From Octopus sinensis (lineage: Eukaryota): a stretch of 56,621 nt of DNA. The translations under genes were made by a program, and so were the position numbers. Under the pieces are notes generated by a model that made no database searches, was not told where the DNA came from, and saw nothing but the letters and a program-made list of their open reading frames with translations. The stretch covers positions 1-56,621 of the forward strand of contig NW_021833668.1 of the NCBI RefSeq assembly GCF_006345805.1, written 5' to 3'. Positions 24,572 through 36,547 of the stretch are shown piece by piece; the stretch's first letter is position 1, and each line of letters begins with the position of its first letter.

Positions 24572-25009
24572 GTCAGTGGGAGTTAGCGGTTGAGTGTGTG
24601 TGTGTGTGTGTGGTGTGTGCTTCCCTGTGTGGTCAATATGTGTGAAAACAGAGGATTGTGAATTAAACAGTCACATAGGAATTTGTGTATGTATGTATGT
24701 ATGTATGTATGTATGCATGCATGCATGAGTGTATGTATGTATTTTTGTATGTATACATAAATACAAACACATGCAACGACACATTCTTTTGCATAGAAAG
24801 ATACATGCATAGATACTTACACACACACACCCATACACATAGATACACACACACACACACATACACACATATACCGACAGGTAGATAGTTATACATGCAA
24901 ATATTTATGTACAAATAGTTTCTATAATATATGCATATAATATGGTATACACACTCACACACACATACACACTCACACACACATACACACACACATATTA
25001 TTCTTTTGC

Positions 25010-25345
25010 CTGTTTCAGTTATTTGACTGTGGTCATGCTGGAGCACCATCTTTAATCGAAGAAACTGACCCCAGGACATACTCTTTGTAAGCCTAGTACT
25101 TATTCTATCTGTCACTTATACCGATTCGCTAAGCTACAGGGACACAAACACACCGACATCGGTTGTCAAGCGAAGGAGTGGGACAAGCACAGAATCACAA
25201 ACAGACACACACACACATATATGTATAAACGACGAGCTTCTTTCAGTTTCCATCCACCAAATCCACTTTCAATGCTTTGGTCGGCCCGAAGTTATAGAAG
25301 AAGACTCTAGGCCAAGGTGCCACGTAGTGGGATTGAACCCATATC
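25010..25345 (-). mobile_element. OR2-like SINE
   Basis: Collinear with the 14792 copy. Confidence 0.8.
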
Positions 25346-25920
25346 CACGTGGTTGGGAAGCACACAGACACAAATATATATATGTATATATATATACACA
25401 CACACACACACATATATATATATGTCTATCTTTCTATCTAGTTACCCATTGACATATGTAATTTTGTTAATGTATGCATGTATGCACATATGTGTGTTGT
25501 ATACACATGCAAACCTACACATATGCATAAACATATATGCACACATACATACATGCATACATGCACACATACATACATACATGCATACAAACAAAAGGCA
25601 CATAGCCATAATTCATGCTAGATACGTGGTTTGTATTTTGAAAGAGTTTCCATAGATATTAGAACATATATTTATTGTGATGGCATGTGTGCGCGCCTGC
25701 ATGCAGGGAGAACTCAATAGAAGGGTCAAATGTATTATAAAATTAATTTTGACACGGATTTTAAATTTTGCGTAACGGCCTAGTCAACAATCTTCGCTGA
25801 ATGTATCAGGTTAAATTTGAATTCCCAGTCAAAACTAATTGTATAATAAATTATACACGTACGCATATACGTATATATACAATACACATACATAGGTTTA
25901 TATAAATACAGCTGCATATG

Positions 25921-25982
<62 letters not shown>

Positions 25983-26014
25983 ACGCGAGAAAGAAGCAAC
26001 AAGAATGGATAGGT

Positions 26015-26103
26015 TTTTAGTACGATCGTTTCATACAGGACAGGTTTTATTAAAAGTTGCAAAGGTTACAGCATATAAACGAGTCCGTACTCATCAGCTA
26101 AAA
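26015..26103 (-). ncRNA. Type I hammerhead, intact core
   Basis: TTTTAG-CTGATGA-GTACGGA..TCCTGTAT-GAA-ACGATCGT-A-CTAAAA. Confidence 0.8.
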
Positions 26104-26524
26104 TACATGTAAGTTCTCTAGACATCCTAGTGTTTGAGGCTATACTCATGAAGTAATGTAGATAATTAACAGATTTCTAAAGTTCATTAAAGTTCATCTC
26201 CATTTCTCTGGAAATTTACATCTACACCATTGGAATCTGTGCATATATACAAAGGATTAATTCACCCTCTCTGTAATGTCTAACAATGGATAAATTTGTC
26301 TTCTGTGAGTATATAATCCCTCATCATATCTATGGAAATTCATATGGATTATAGTCACCTTCTCTGTGATGCTATCAAAACTTTTTTAATATTTTTTAAT
26401 ATTCTGTGATAAGACTATACATCATCTTTAAAGAACTTAATGAACTTTAGAAATCTGTTTAATTATCTACATTACTTCATGAGTATAGCCTCAAACACTA
26501 GGATGTCTAGAGAACTTACATGTA

Positions 26525-26614
26525 TTTTAGCTGATGAGTACGGGACTCGTTTATATGCTGTAACCTTTGCAACTTTTAATAAAACCTGTCTTGTATGAAA
26601 CGATCGTACTAAAA
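26525..26614 (+). ncRNA. Type I hammerhead, intact core
   Basis: TTTTAG-CTGATGA-GTACGGGA..TCTTGTAT-GAA-ACGATCGT-A-CTAAAA; predicted GUA cleavage after 26608. Confidence 0.8.
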
Positions 26615-26762
26615 ACCTATCCATTCTTGTTGCTTCTTTCTCGCTTTATTAATCCCCCACATTACTGTATTGTTAAATCAGTATAGTTTTTTTGGTGCAT
26701 CTAAGTTAGGTACCATATTCAAGTAAATTTTTTAAATTAACTTGAAATCTTTATGCTCTTTG

Positions 26763-26799
<37 letters not shown>

Positions 26800-26801
<2 letters not shown>

Positions 26802-27125
26802 CTTTGATACTTTGATAGGTTCGGCCATTATTGGCCCAGGCCATGTCTAACTTAATAGCACCACCTGGTGAAGTCTTTCAAGTCAGAATTTTGGGCACTA
26901 TGGCCCACTCAAGTAGAGAGTTATTGTTTACAAGACCTATCGGGGTGTAGGGTGTGTATCCGGGATTTCTTGAAGGAATCTGTCCAAAGACTTCTTGAAC
27001 CCTATAGGGTCAGTTTCTGTTTTAATGTTTTGTGGTGTAATGTTAAAGAGAGCGAAATAATTGTGCCGTATTGTTGTTATGAGATGAGAGTGCGATTTTT
27101 TTGTTTTGGCGGATATGTGGATTAA
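26800..27125 (-). mobile_element. CR1-type LINE 3' end
   Basis: Minus translation TDPIGFKKSLDRFLQEIPDTHP. Confidence 0.7.
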
Positions 27126-27177
27126 CTGTTGAAGTGGACGGACGTCTATTTGTTTCTCTATATATATTTGTTTCGTC

Positions 27178-27210
<33 letters not shown>

Positions 27211-27366
27211 TATATATGTGTGTGTGTGTGTGTTGGTGTATGTATGTATGTATGTATATAGGCATATATTATTTATTTTATATATATATGTGTGTACATA
27301 CATATATATATATATAAAATATAATATATGCATATATATATATGTATATATATATATATGTATATA

Positions 27367-27412
<46 letters not shown>

Positions 27413-27456
27413 TATATATATATGCATATACATATGTGTATGTATGTATGTATATA

Positions 27457-27502
<46 letters not shown>

Positions 27503-27534
27503 TATATATAATTATCGCCAAGCTAACATGGCAG

Positions 27535-28050
27535 TCCAGAAAAATTGAACCAAATCCACTCACAAGGCTTTGGTCTGCCCGAGGCTATAGCATAAGATAT
27601 TTGCCCAGGGTACCACGCAGTGGGACTGAACCCGGAACCATGTGGTTGGGAAACAAGCTTCAACCACACATGTTTTCTTGTTATCTTTTATCCTTTACTT
27701 GTCTCGGGCATTAGACTGTGGCCATGCCGGGAGACTACTTTGTAGAATTTTACTCAAAACGATCGATCCCCAATACTTACTTTCACAAGCCTGGCTGATA
27801 TTCGATCGGGTAATATTTGCCTAACTGCTAAGTTATGGGGATGTAAATGCACCAATACCGGCTGTCAAGCGGTACTGTGGGCCAAGTACACAATCATACA
27901 ATCTTCTTTCACTTTTCGTCTACTAAATCCACGACAATTTTCTTTATATACGACAAATCTTCTTTCACTTTCCGTTTACTAAATCCACTCACGAATTTTA
28001 GTTGACCCAGGTCACTTGCCCAAGGTGCCACGCAGTGAGACTGAACCCAG
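27535..28050 (-). mobile_element. Two OR2-like SINE pieces
   Basis: CACTTGCCCAAGGTGCCACGCAGTG.GACTGAACCC head motif appears twice, plus the tail block. Confidence 0.75.
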
Positions 28051-28464
28051 CCACGATTCAAGAAAGAAGACTGACACTGACCATAGCAATACATTATAAA
28101 TAATTACAATTGTTTCTGTAGCACCCCGTTTCCAATGTTGTGGCATGTATATGATTCCATGTAAAACAATTACGCAATAGGTATGGTTGACTACATTGGA
28201 GTGGCACTTCATCAGGTGAACATCAAGTCATGCATTTTACACACAGACACACACCCACCGATTCTCAGTCGGAATTTAAGAGATAAATGGTTAGATTCTC
28301 TGCAGCGTCTTGTCATTTCGCCCCCCCCCTTCTTCTAAGCTATTTTTACAGCTATTCTGCATTCTAGACGTACTTCTTTGTCTGCAAAATATCAACATCA
28401 TTGATGGCTCCGAATTTTGATTATAAAACTTTCCTCATACAATAAAGGCAGAAAGCTGGTGAGC

Positions 28465-28640
28465 GAAATGCGTGGCGGCAATTCTTCCGTGTCGTTGCTC
28501 TGAGTTCAAATCCCACCGAGGCCCATTTTGTCTTTCATACTTTCGGGGTCGATAAAACAAATGCCAATCGAGTACTGGGGTCGATGTAATCAATTTAACC
28601 CCTCCCCGAAAATTGATGGCCTTACACCAAAATTAGAAAC
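28465..28640 (+). mobile_element. OK-like SINE, diverged
   Basis: CTGAGTTCAAATCCC...CTTTCATACTTTCGGGGTCGATAAA. Confidence 0.75.
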
Positions 28641-28967
28641 CATCAATAGATACATACAAAAGACGGGAAAATATCAAAAAGTCGAAGAATACATCGAACC
28701 AGATCTAATCCTTAACGTCCAAGAGTTATTTGTTCTTAATTTGAAACTCACATTTAGAATGATTTCTTGATTATCTTCTGGAAGCGTCTATGAATGAACA
28801 AATGAAAGAAATTCACGAATGACCGAATAAAGAAAATTATGGAATACAAAAAAGGAACGAAGGAACGTTTACAGGAATAAATAATCTTATGACTAGTTTT
28901 TGATGAGTGACCTCCACCCGAATCGTCGTTTAGCCCGATCTATAAATTCTTCGTTTTTCACTTGCAG

Positions 28968-29018
28968 TCATTGTGGGGATTTAAAGAAAACAATCAGATA
29001 CTTTCTAATTTTGCACAA
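28968..29018 (+). CDS. Candidate 51-nt exon
   Basis: Strong acceptor TTCTTCGTTTTTCACTTGCAG, donor CAA|GTATCT; two open frames (SLWGFKENNQILSNFAQ or HCGDLKKTIRYFLILH). Confidence 0.3.
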
Positions 29019-29027
29019 GTATCTTAA

Positions 29028-29062
<35 letters not shown>

Positions 29063-29343
29063 CATAAAATACAAAAAGTTTACCAAAGAACTACAAGAAC
29101 AACAACAGCAAAGTCATCACAGCACTTATCCGCTGTTTCTTTAAATACTCTGTCACGACAAAACCAAGTTAATTGCAAAGAGGATACAGTGTGGTGTAAT
29201 CTTATGTGTGTGTGCTTATACATACATATACGCACATACATACTACCATACATACACACTTATATACTCGTATACATATTATATACATATGCGTTGATGT
29301 CCCTCTCAATATACTTATTCATCTCGTTCTGTCTGTCTGTCTC

Positions 29344-29374
<31 letters not shown>

Positions 29375-29702
29375 CTATATATATATATAATATATAATTA
29401 ATAAATAAATAAAACATATGCATATATATATACATTATGTACGTACCTACCTCTACATGTATATATACATGCATATATGGGTACAGGACACAAAAAAAGT
29501 CGAACACAATGAGAAACGAAAACATAAACACAAAAAATGGACATTTTTCTTAAACAACGAAAAAATAGAGTACCGGACATACAATATATATATAATTGAT
29601 TAATAAAAGAATGAGACGAGAGGGACAACAAGAAAAAGCAACAATGCTAGGACGTGGTACATGCAAAGGATTAATAACACGTTCAGAGAAGAAAAGGGAG
29701 GG

Positions 29703-29739
29703 TGTTTTACCTTTCGAGCAAAGCTCTTCTTCAGAAGCA
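29703..29739 (-). ncRNA. Minimal hammerhead motif within a Penelope-terminus-like repeat (about 29480-29815)
   Basis: TGCTT-CTGAAGAA-GAGC-ttt-GCTC-GAA-AGGT-A-AAACA. Confidence 0.55.
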
Positions 29740-29884
29740 GGAGATAGAAGAAACTCCAAGAAAGAAGGAAGACGAAGGAAAAAATCGCCAACATTCCACG
29801 TGTCGTTACATTTTGGAACATATATATATGATTGATTGATTGATTGATTGATTCTAGTTTCAGCTCACGAGCTGTGGCCATGCT

Positions 29885-30785
29885 GGGGCACCGCCATTTG
29901 CTGTTGCTACATGGTTTTACTTCACGAATGCTTTTTAGCAACTGCCATTTGGTGCATGAGAGAGTTCGATGCAGCTGCCCTCATCTGCACCTCCTGCCGT
30001 GAAGTTGGTTCATCTGGGATACCTGACAAGAAGAGATCCAGTTTCATTTTAAAGACATCTGCATCCATCCCATGCAGGTCTCTTAGGTTCTTCGGGAGGA
30101 TATTGAAGAGCTGTGGGCCTCTGAAGCCCAGGCTATCACAGTATCTAGTCCTACATCTTGATGGCAAATTTGGAGTCCTAGGCACCACGCAGTGGTGGCA
30201 TTTGTGTAACTCTCGATGCCAAAGTTCAGGACACTTCCCTCCAGGATCTTCCAGATGTATATTATGGCATATCTTTCTCGCCTACGCTCCAAGGAACAGA
30301 GTTTTAATCTCTTGAGTCTTTCCCAGTAGCTTATATTCTGCACAGAGGCTATCTTCTTCGTGTAGCTACGTTGGATCGCCTCAAGTTCTGTGATCAACTT
30401 GACACTGGATGGTGACCATAGCTGAGAGCAATAGTCAAAGTGGCTTAGGACAAGTGTCCTCCAGAGGACCATCATGGTTTCTTGTTCTCTTGTTCTAAAG
30501 GTTCTGAGAATCCATCCGGCCAGTCGTCTACATTTCATTGCCAATTTAGCAACATGTACAGGAAAGGTGCGTCATCACTCATGTAAATACCCAGGTCACG
30601 CACTGATTGTGCCCTGGGATTGCAATTCCTCCGGGTCCAGTGTATTCATTGGGTATTGCATTTAGTTTTGCATGCTGATAGTATAAGCTTGAAACTTTTC
30701 AGCATTGAACTGCATGCTATTCTTTTCAGCCCACTTGTATATTTGTCCAGCTCACATTGCAGGCGTTTAGTGTCCTCAGTTTCTG
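29885..30785 (-). mobile_element. CR1-type LINE ORF2 3' portion
   Basis: KCRRLAGWILRTF..LSHFDYCSQLWSP..LEAIQRSYTK..LERRRER..GPQLFNILP..FKMKLDLFLSGIPDEP. Confidence 0.9.
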
Positions 30786-30913
30786 TATATATATATATAT
30801 AGTATAATATACATATATATATATATATATAAACAATATATATATCGAGAGAGAGAGAAGAGAGGAGAGAGAGATAACATATATATATATAGTATATATA
30901 TATATATATATAT

Positions 30914-31650
30914 AATGAAAATAAGCAACAAGGATATCCAGAGGTAATACAGTACGATCGTTTCACGCAACTCCATTTAATTGAACAATACAACCATTTT
31001 AAATGCAAAGCAATCCTCAGCTACACAAAGACATAGAATTTAATTGAATTAATACAGATGGGCACATTAGTATAATTTTACCTAAATTCTCAAAGAAGTT
31101 AAGGAGATAGACAACGAACATACTACATTCACTTCCACTTAGAAGCTACTAAGGTATCAGGAAGAAGGACATGCTACAGATTTTGCTTGTCACGGTTTTA
31201 TGGGGTCAGTTTTAATTTATGGACTAGATTTATCAAATCCTTGTATAGCTAAGGCTGAATGAACAGGGGGGAGTGTCTATTAGGGGTAGGGCTGAGGGAG
31301 ACGACAGATACCTTAGTAGCTTCTAAGAAGAAGTGAAGGCCGCATATTCTTTGTGTATCTCCTTAACTTCTTGGAGAGTTTTGGCAAAGTTACACTACTG
31401 AATCCATCAGTTCTAATTTAATAAAATTCTATATCTTTGTGCAGCTGATGTATATATAAATTGATGTAATCGCTGCATTGTTTAATTAAATGGAGTTGCA
31501 TGAAACGATCGTACTGCATTATCTCTGGATATCCTTGTCTATTTTGATTCTAATCACCTGATTTTCAAATTGTATGGATAATACCGTACTAAATTCTGTT
31601 GCTTTAACTTAAGTACCATATTCATCTGATTCTAAGTTTTTACTGAACTC
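30914..31650. mobile_element. Inverted-repeat element with hammerheads at 30948-31025 (minus, intact core) and 31440-31518 (plus, damaged) and a right extension
   Basis: Arms about 30914-31165 and 31305-31549; minus strand TGTAG-CTGAGGA-TTGC..GCGT-GAA-ACGATCGT-A-CTGTA. Confidence 0.8.
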
Positions 31651-32959
31651 ATATATATAAATTAGAAAATAAAACACCTTTTATCAATTCAATAATGAAA
31701 AATTAGATTATACCATCCGGAAAATTACATGCTATAGAAAGATTAAATATAAACTAAAACATATAACAATGATTAAGTAATGTGCAAAATAATAAATAAA
31801 ACGTATATATTTGGTAGAATAACGACACGTACTTCGTGGCTATATTTAAGAAATAATAATAGTAAAAATATAGTAGTAGTAGTAAAATTACTTCAATATA
31901 AATATAGCCACTCATCAGGTTAAAAATAACAATAATAAAATAATTAATTAGATAAATTAATAAATATACGTAAATAATCTTATAAAATACGAAATATTTT
32001 AACAAATATATTCTTGTTTAAAAAATGTGTGTGTGTGTGTGTGTGTGTACATATATATATATATATATATATACATACATACATTCATATATATAAGTTT
32101 GTGTGTGTTTATTCATCTATCTATTTATCCATCGATTGCTCTATCCATACACGCAAGATTAGGTATAGGGTTCACTTCACAGAATCCTTAAGCTGGCGAT
32201 AAAATGCTTTGTGGCATTTCTTTCCGCTCTCCATGTTCTGGAGCATCAAATCCCGTTGGCGACGGCATTGTCTTTTATCGCTTTGGGGTCGTTAAAACCA
32301 AGTTCCAGTTGTGCATTGGGGCGGACGCAATCGACTTTTTCTTCCGACCTTTTTCTGACCTTGAGCCAAATTTTGAAACCTTTCTTATTTTTGCCTCTGT
32401 ATTATCCTATCAATTTGTCCCTTTTTATGCAGTAGAAGTAGTAGCAGCAGCAGCAGGAGTAATTGTAGTAGTAGTAGCAGCAGCAGCAGCAGTGACACTA
32501 ATAGTACAGTAGTAGCAGCGGCGGCCGTCACAATAGGAGCCTCAGCAGCAGCAGCAGTAGTAGTGGTGGCAGTAGTAGTAGTGGTAGTGGTAGTAGTAGT
32601 AGTTATTCCAGTTTTGGTGTTGTTGCTGCTTTTGTTGTGGTCGTTGTTGCTGTTGCTACTGCTGTTGTTCTCTCTATTGATGTTGTTGTTGTTCCTATTT
32701 TTGCGATTTTTTTCTAGGATAGCAGACACAGAAACAGACTAACTATGGGTGATGGGGGTAGGGGTTAAACACAACAACAACAACAATAAAATACTTTATT
32801 AACGAAAGGTGACCGGAAGTTGAAAGTCATTGGGAAGTTCGGCCGCGTGAGTGATAAGATGTTACAAAAAGAACACTCTACAAAAAACAAAACAGCAGAC
32901 AAAAGATATATAAAAAAACAACAGATTTTTCAGATATATTCTTAAAGAAAGAAACAAAG

Positions 32960-33049
32960 AAAAAAAGAAAGAAGAAGAAGAAGAAGAAGAAGAAGAAGAA
33001 GAAGAAGAAGAAGAAGAAGAAGAAGAAGAAGAAGAAGAAGAAGAAGAAG

Positions 33050-33080
<31 letters not shown>
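32960..33080. repeat. Pure (GAA)n tract
   Basis: Direct reading. Confidence 0.95.
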
Positions 33081-33082
<2 letters not shown>

Positions 33083-33401
33083 ACAAGTGGATTGTGTGAG
33101 TTAATCCGTTAGAGTTTTTTTTCTTCTTAAAGTTCCTTTTTGAGAGAAGAGGAAAGAGGTTGTTTGTTGCCCGGATGTAGATCGTATTCAACAAGTTTTA
33201 GTTTTTAATTAGCCAAAAAAGGAAAAGAAAAAAAAACAATAAAACTATTGTGTTTTTCTTTATTTTGTTTTTCTGTTGTTCTTCGTTGTCTGTATGTCTG
33301 CATACATGCACACACGCACGCATATACACATGCATACAAATGCACACACACACACACACACACAAATATGTAATAATATATATACATATATATATACATA
33401 C

Positions 33402-33447
<46 letters not shown>

Positions 33448-33474
33448 GTATGTATATATAAGTATATATATTGT

Positions 33475-33665
33475 TTTACTTGTTTCAGTCATTTGACTGT
33501 GGCCATGCTGGGGCAGCGCCTCAAAGAGTTTTTCATAGTCGAAAGGATCGACGTATTTTTTTATAAGCCTTCTACTTACTCTATCGGTTCTTCTGCCGAA
33601 CCGCTAGGTTACGTGGACGTAAGCATACGAACATCGTTGTCAGGCGATGGTGGCAGACATACAAT
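33475..33665 (-). mobile_element. OR2-like SINE 3' part
   Basis: Tail block conserved. Confidence 0.75.
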
Positions 33666-33726
33666 AGAAATACAAAATGGCTGACGGTTAGTAAGGAGAG
33701 ACACAAATAAGAAAGAGGAAAACAAA

Positions 33727-33771
33727 GGACCACTGATGCGGTCACAGGAGTGTGACGAAAGAACTCTGGCC
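33727..33771 (+). ncRNA. Decayed minimal hammerhead
   Basis: GGACCA-CTGATGCG-GTCACA-ggag-TGTGAC-GAA-AGAACT-C-TGGCC. Confidence 0.55.
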
Positions 33772-35842
33772 GAAATAAGATTAAGATTAATGTAAAAAAT
33801 AAATAACACTGAAGCAAAATAACACCAAATAATAGTGCGTGTGTTTTTATTGGCTAAACTGGCAAATGACCATTTCGAAATATAAAATATCTGTTTCAAC
33901 ACACGACTTCACATAAAAAATCTTGCACAACAAATATATAAACGTACTATATATAAAAATTTATAAATATAAATTGATAATTTTAAATTTTTAACCTTAA
34001 ATTTAAATAATTTAAATTTTGAATTTTATAAAATATATATTTTGTATATTATATTAATTAGTTTTACTTCTATGTTTTGGTTTATGTTTTTCACTGTTTG
34101 ATTTGTCTAATAGTGGTTTTATCTCTAATTTATATATATATATATATATATATATTACTGTAGTAGAAGACACGTACCCAAGGTGCCACGCAGTGGAATT
34201 GAACGTAGAACCATGTGATTGGGAAGCAAGCTTCCTTTTTATTAGTGGGATTGAACTCGGAACCATTTTGTTGGAAAGCAACAACATGGTTTCATTTTTT
34301 ACTTGTTTGAGCCATTAGGGAGTGAGCTGTACATTAAATCACGGCCGCCACCAAATGGACGTTGTCCGAAGAGGTGCACAAGAGTACCACTCGTCAGGTG
34401 TGGAAGTGATCAGCGTGAGAGCAATCTGGATTGGTTTTGCTCAGGGTAACAATGCGCCACCCGGTCTAGGAATTGAAACCGCGGTCTCGTGATCGTGAGA
34501 GCCATAATCTAACCATCTGGCCGTGCTCCCGCAAATTATCACCATTAGCACCAACAACACTAACAGTAACAAAAGCAATAACAACAACAACAACAACAAA
34601 GGCATCATCAGCAACAACAACAACAATATGGTGGTGAAACGCCGAACTTTACTGCAAAGACAATCCGTATGATTAACAGATGGGAATCTCAGGTTTTGGT
34701 GTCAATGTTTGAAAGTTCGTCATAATTAATAAAAGGTGTGTTAATTAGCATCGTCATCATTATTATCATCATCATCATCATCACTACCACTTCTACCACT
34801 TTCACCACGACGACTGCGACGACCACGATCACCACGACCACTAGCACCATCACCACCACCACCACCACCACCATCACCACCACCACTGTTCGCACCATCA
34901 CCACTACCACCACCACCTCCATTACTACTACCATAACCATCCCCACAGTCACCACCACCATCACCCTCAGCATCCCACCATCATCATCATCAACAACAGT
35001 AACAGCATCAATAACATCAGCAACGGAGTGAATATCTGCGCCATCGTCGTCGCACTCCGCAAGAACAACAAAATGAGAGGAATTGGGAGACCATGGCAAT
35101 AAACATAATCGTGACTGTCATCATCATTATCATCATCATGATCATCGTCATCATCATCATCATCATCTTCATCATCGTCATCATCAACACAGTTATACTT
35201 CCCTTTCCCTTCCCCTGCTTTCTCGTCATCACATCGGCAGCAGCTGTGACACACTGACATCTTCCTCCCAAAATTACCCTCCTCCTCCCCCTTTCACCTC
35301 CTCTGCTTCCTCCTCCTCATCATCATCACCATCATCATCAACGTTATAAATATATGGAATGTCACACAGTCTTTTTTGCTTATGTAATTCCGTTATAACA
35401 TACACAGATGAACATTTTTAGCATACTTAGGAATATGCATACATACATACATACATATACATACATACATTCATAATATATATTATATATATATATATAT
35501 ATACTGTTTATACATATATATACCTGTGCATATATATTATATATGTATATTTATATATATATATATATATATGTTTGTGTGTGCGTGTGGTGTGTGTGCG
35601 CGGCGTGTGTGGTGTGTATATTATATATAATATATTATATATATAATATATACATATATATTATATATTTTTATATCTATACAAAATAGATGATTAAGTA
35701 TTTTCATATATTTTATAGATATAGATATGTATATACATATATGTATATATATATATCTACATGCATACATGCATACATATATATATATAATATATATATT
35801 AAGATATATAATATATTTTATATTATAATATATATATTATAT

Positions 35843-35887
<45 letters not shown>

Positions 35888-35941
35888 CTATATATAATTA
35901 TATATTATATATATATATAATATATATATTATATATATATA

Positions 35942-35993
<52 letters not shown>

Positions 35994-36386
35994 CATATAT
36001 TATATGTATGTATGTATGTATCTGTATATATACTTGTAAGTAATTCATTCATGAATTTGCAATACACACATCGGCTCCGATATAATGTATAAATTCGCAT
36101 CGAACGTGTATATAAATTGATAAAAATCAACAAGGTGTAGTGCTGTGACTGTGAGATTTATTAGGCGAAGGTAAATCTAATTTCGTTATGAATCAAAGGT
36201 GTCCATATTAATCTGACGGTTCTGGATTCGCGACGAATCCTGACGATAAATTCTTGTCACAAGAAGATGCGCTAATTCGGACTTTTATATAATTCTATAA
36301 ATTATTATTATTGTTGTTGATACCAACACCACCACCACCACCACAACAACAACAACAACAACGACAACAATAACTACTACTACTAC

Positions 36387-36431
<45 letters not shown>

Positions 36432-36499
36432 CACCACCACCACCGCCACCACCGCCACCGCCACCGCACCACCACCACCACCACTACTACTACTACTAA

Positions 36500-36532
<33 letters not shown>

Positions 36533-36547
36533 TACCTCCACTACCAC

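Larger units (their letters stand above)
25985..26644. mobile_element. Inverted-repeat element with about 211-bp arms, one hammerhead per arm
   Basis: 25985-26195 versus 26433-26644 nearly identical in reverse complement; 237-bp spacer; abuts (TA)n. Confidence 0.9.

Noticed and set aside
26819-27008. Apparent plus-strand exon (VRPLLAQAM... or HHLVKSF...EPYR) with plausible splice sites
   Set aside because: The minus strand reads as a CR1 ORF2 3' end (FKKSLDRFLQEIPD).
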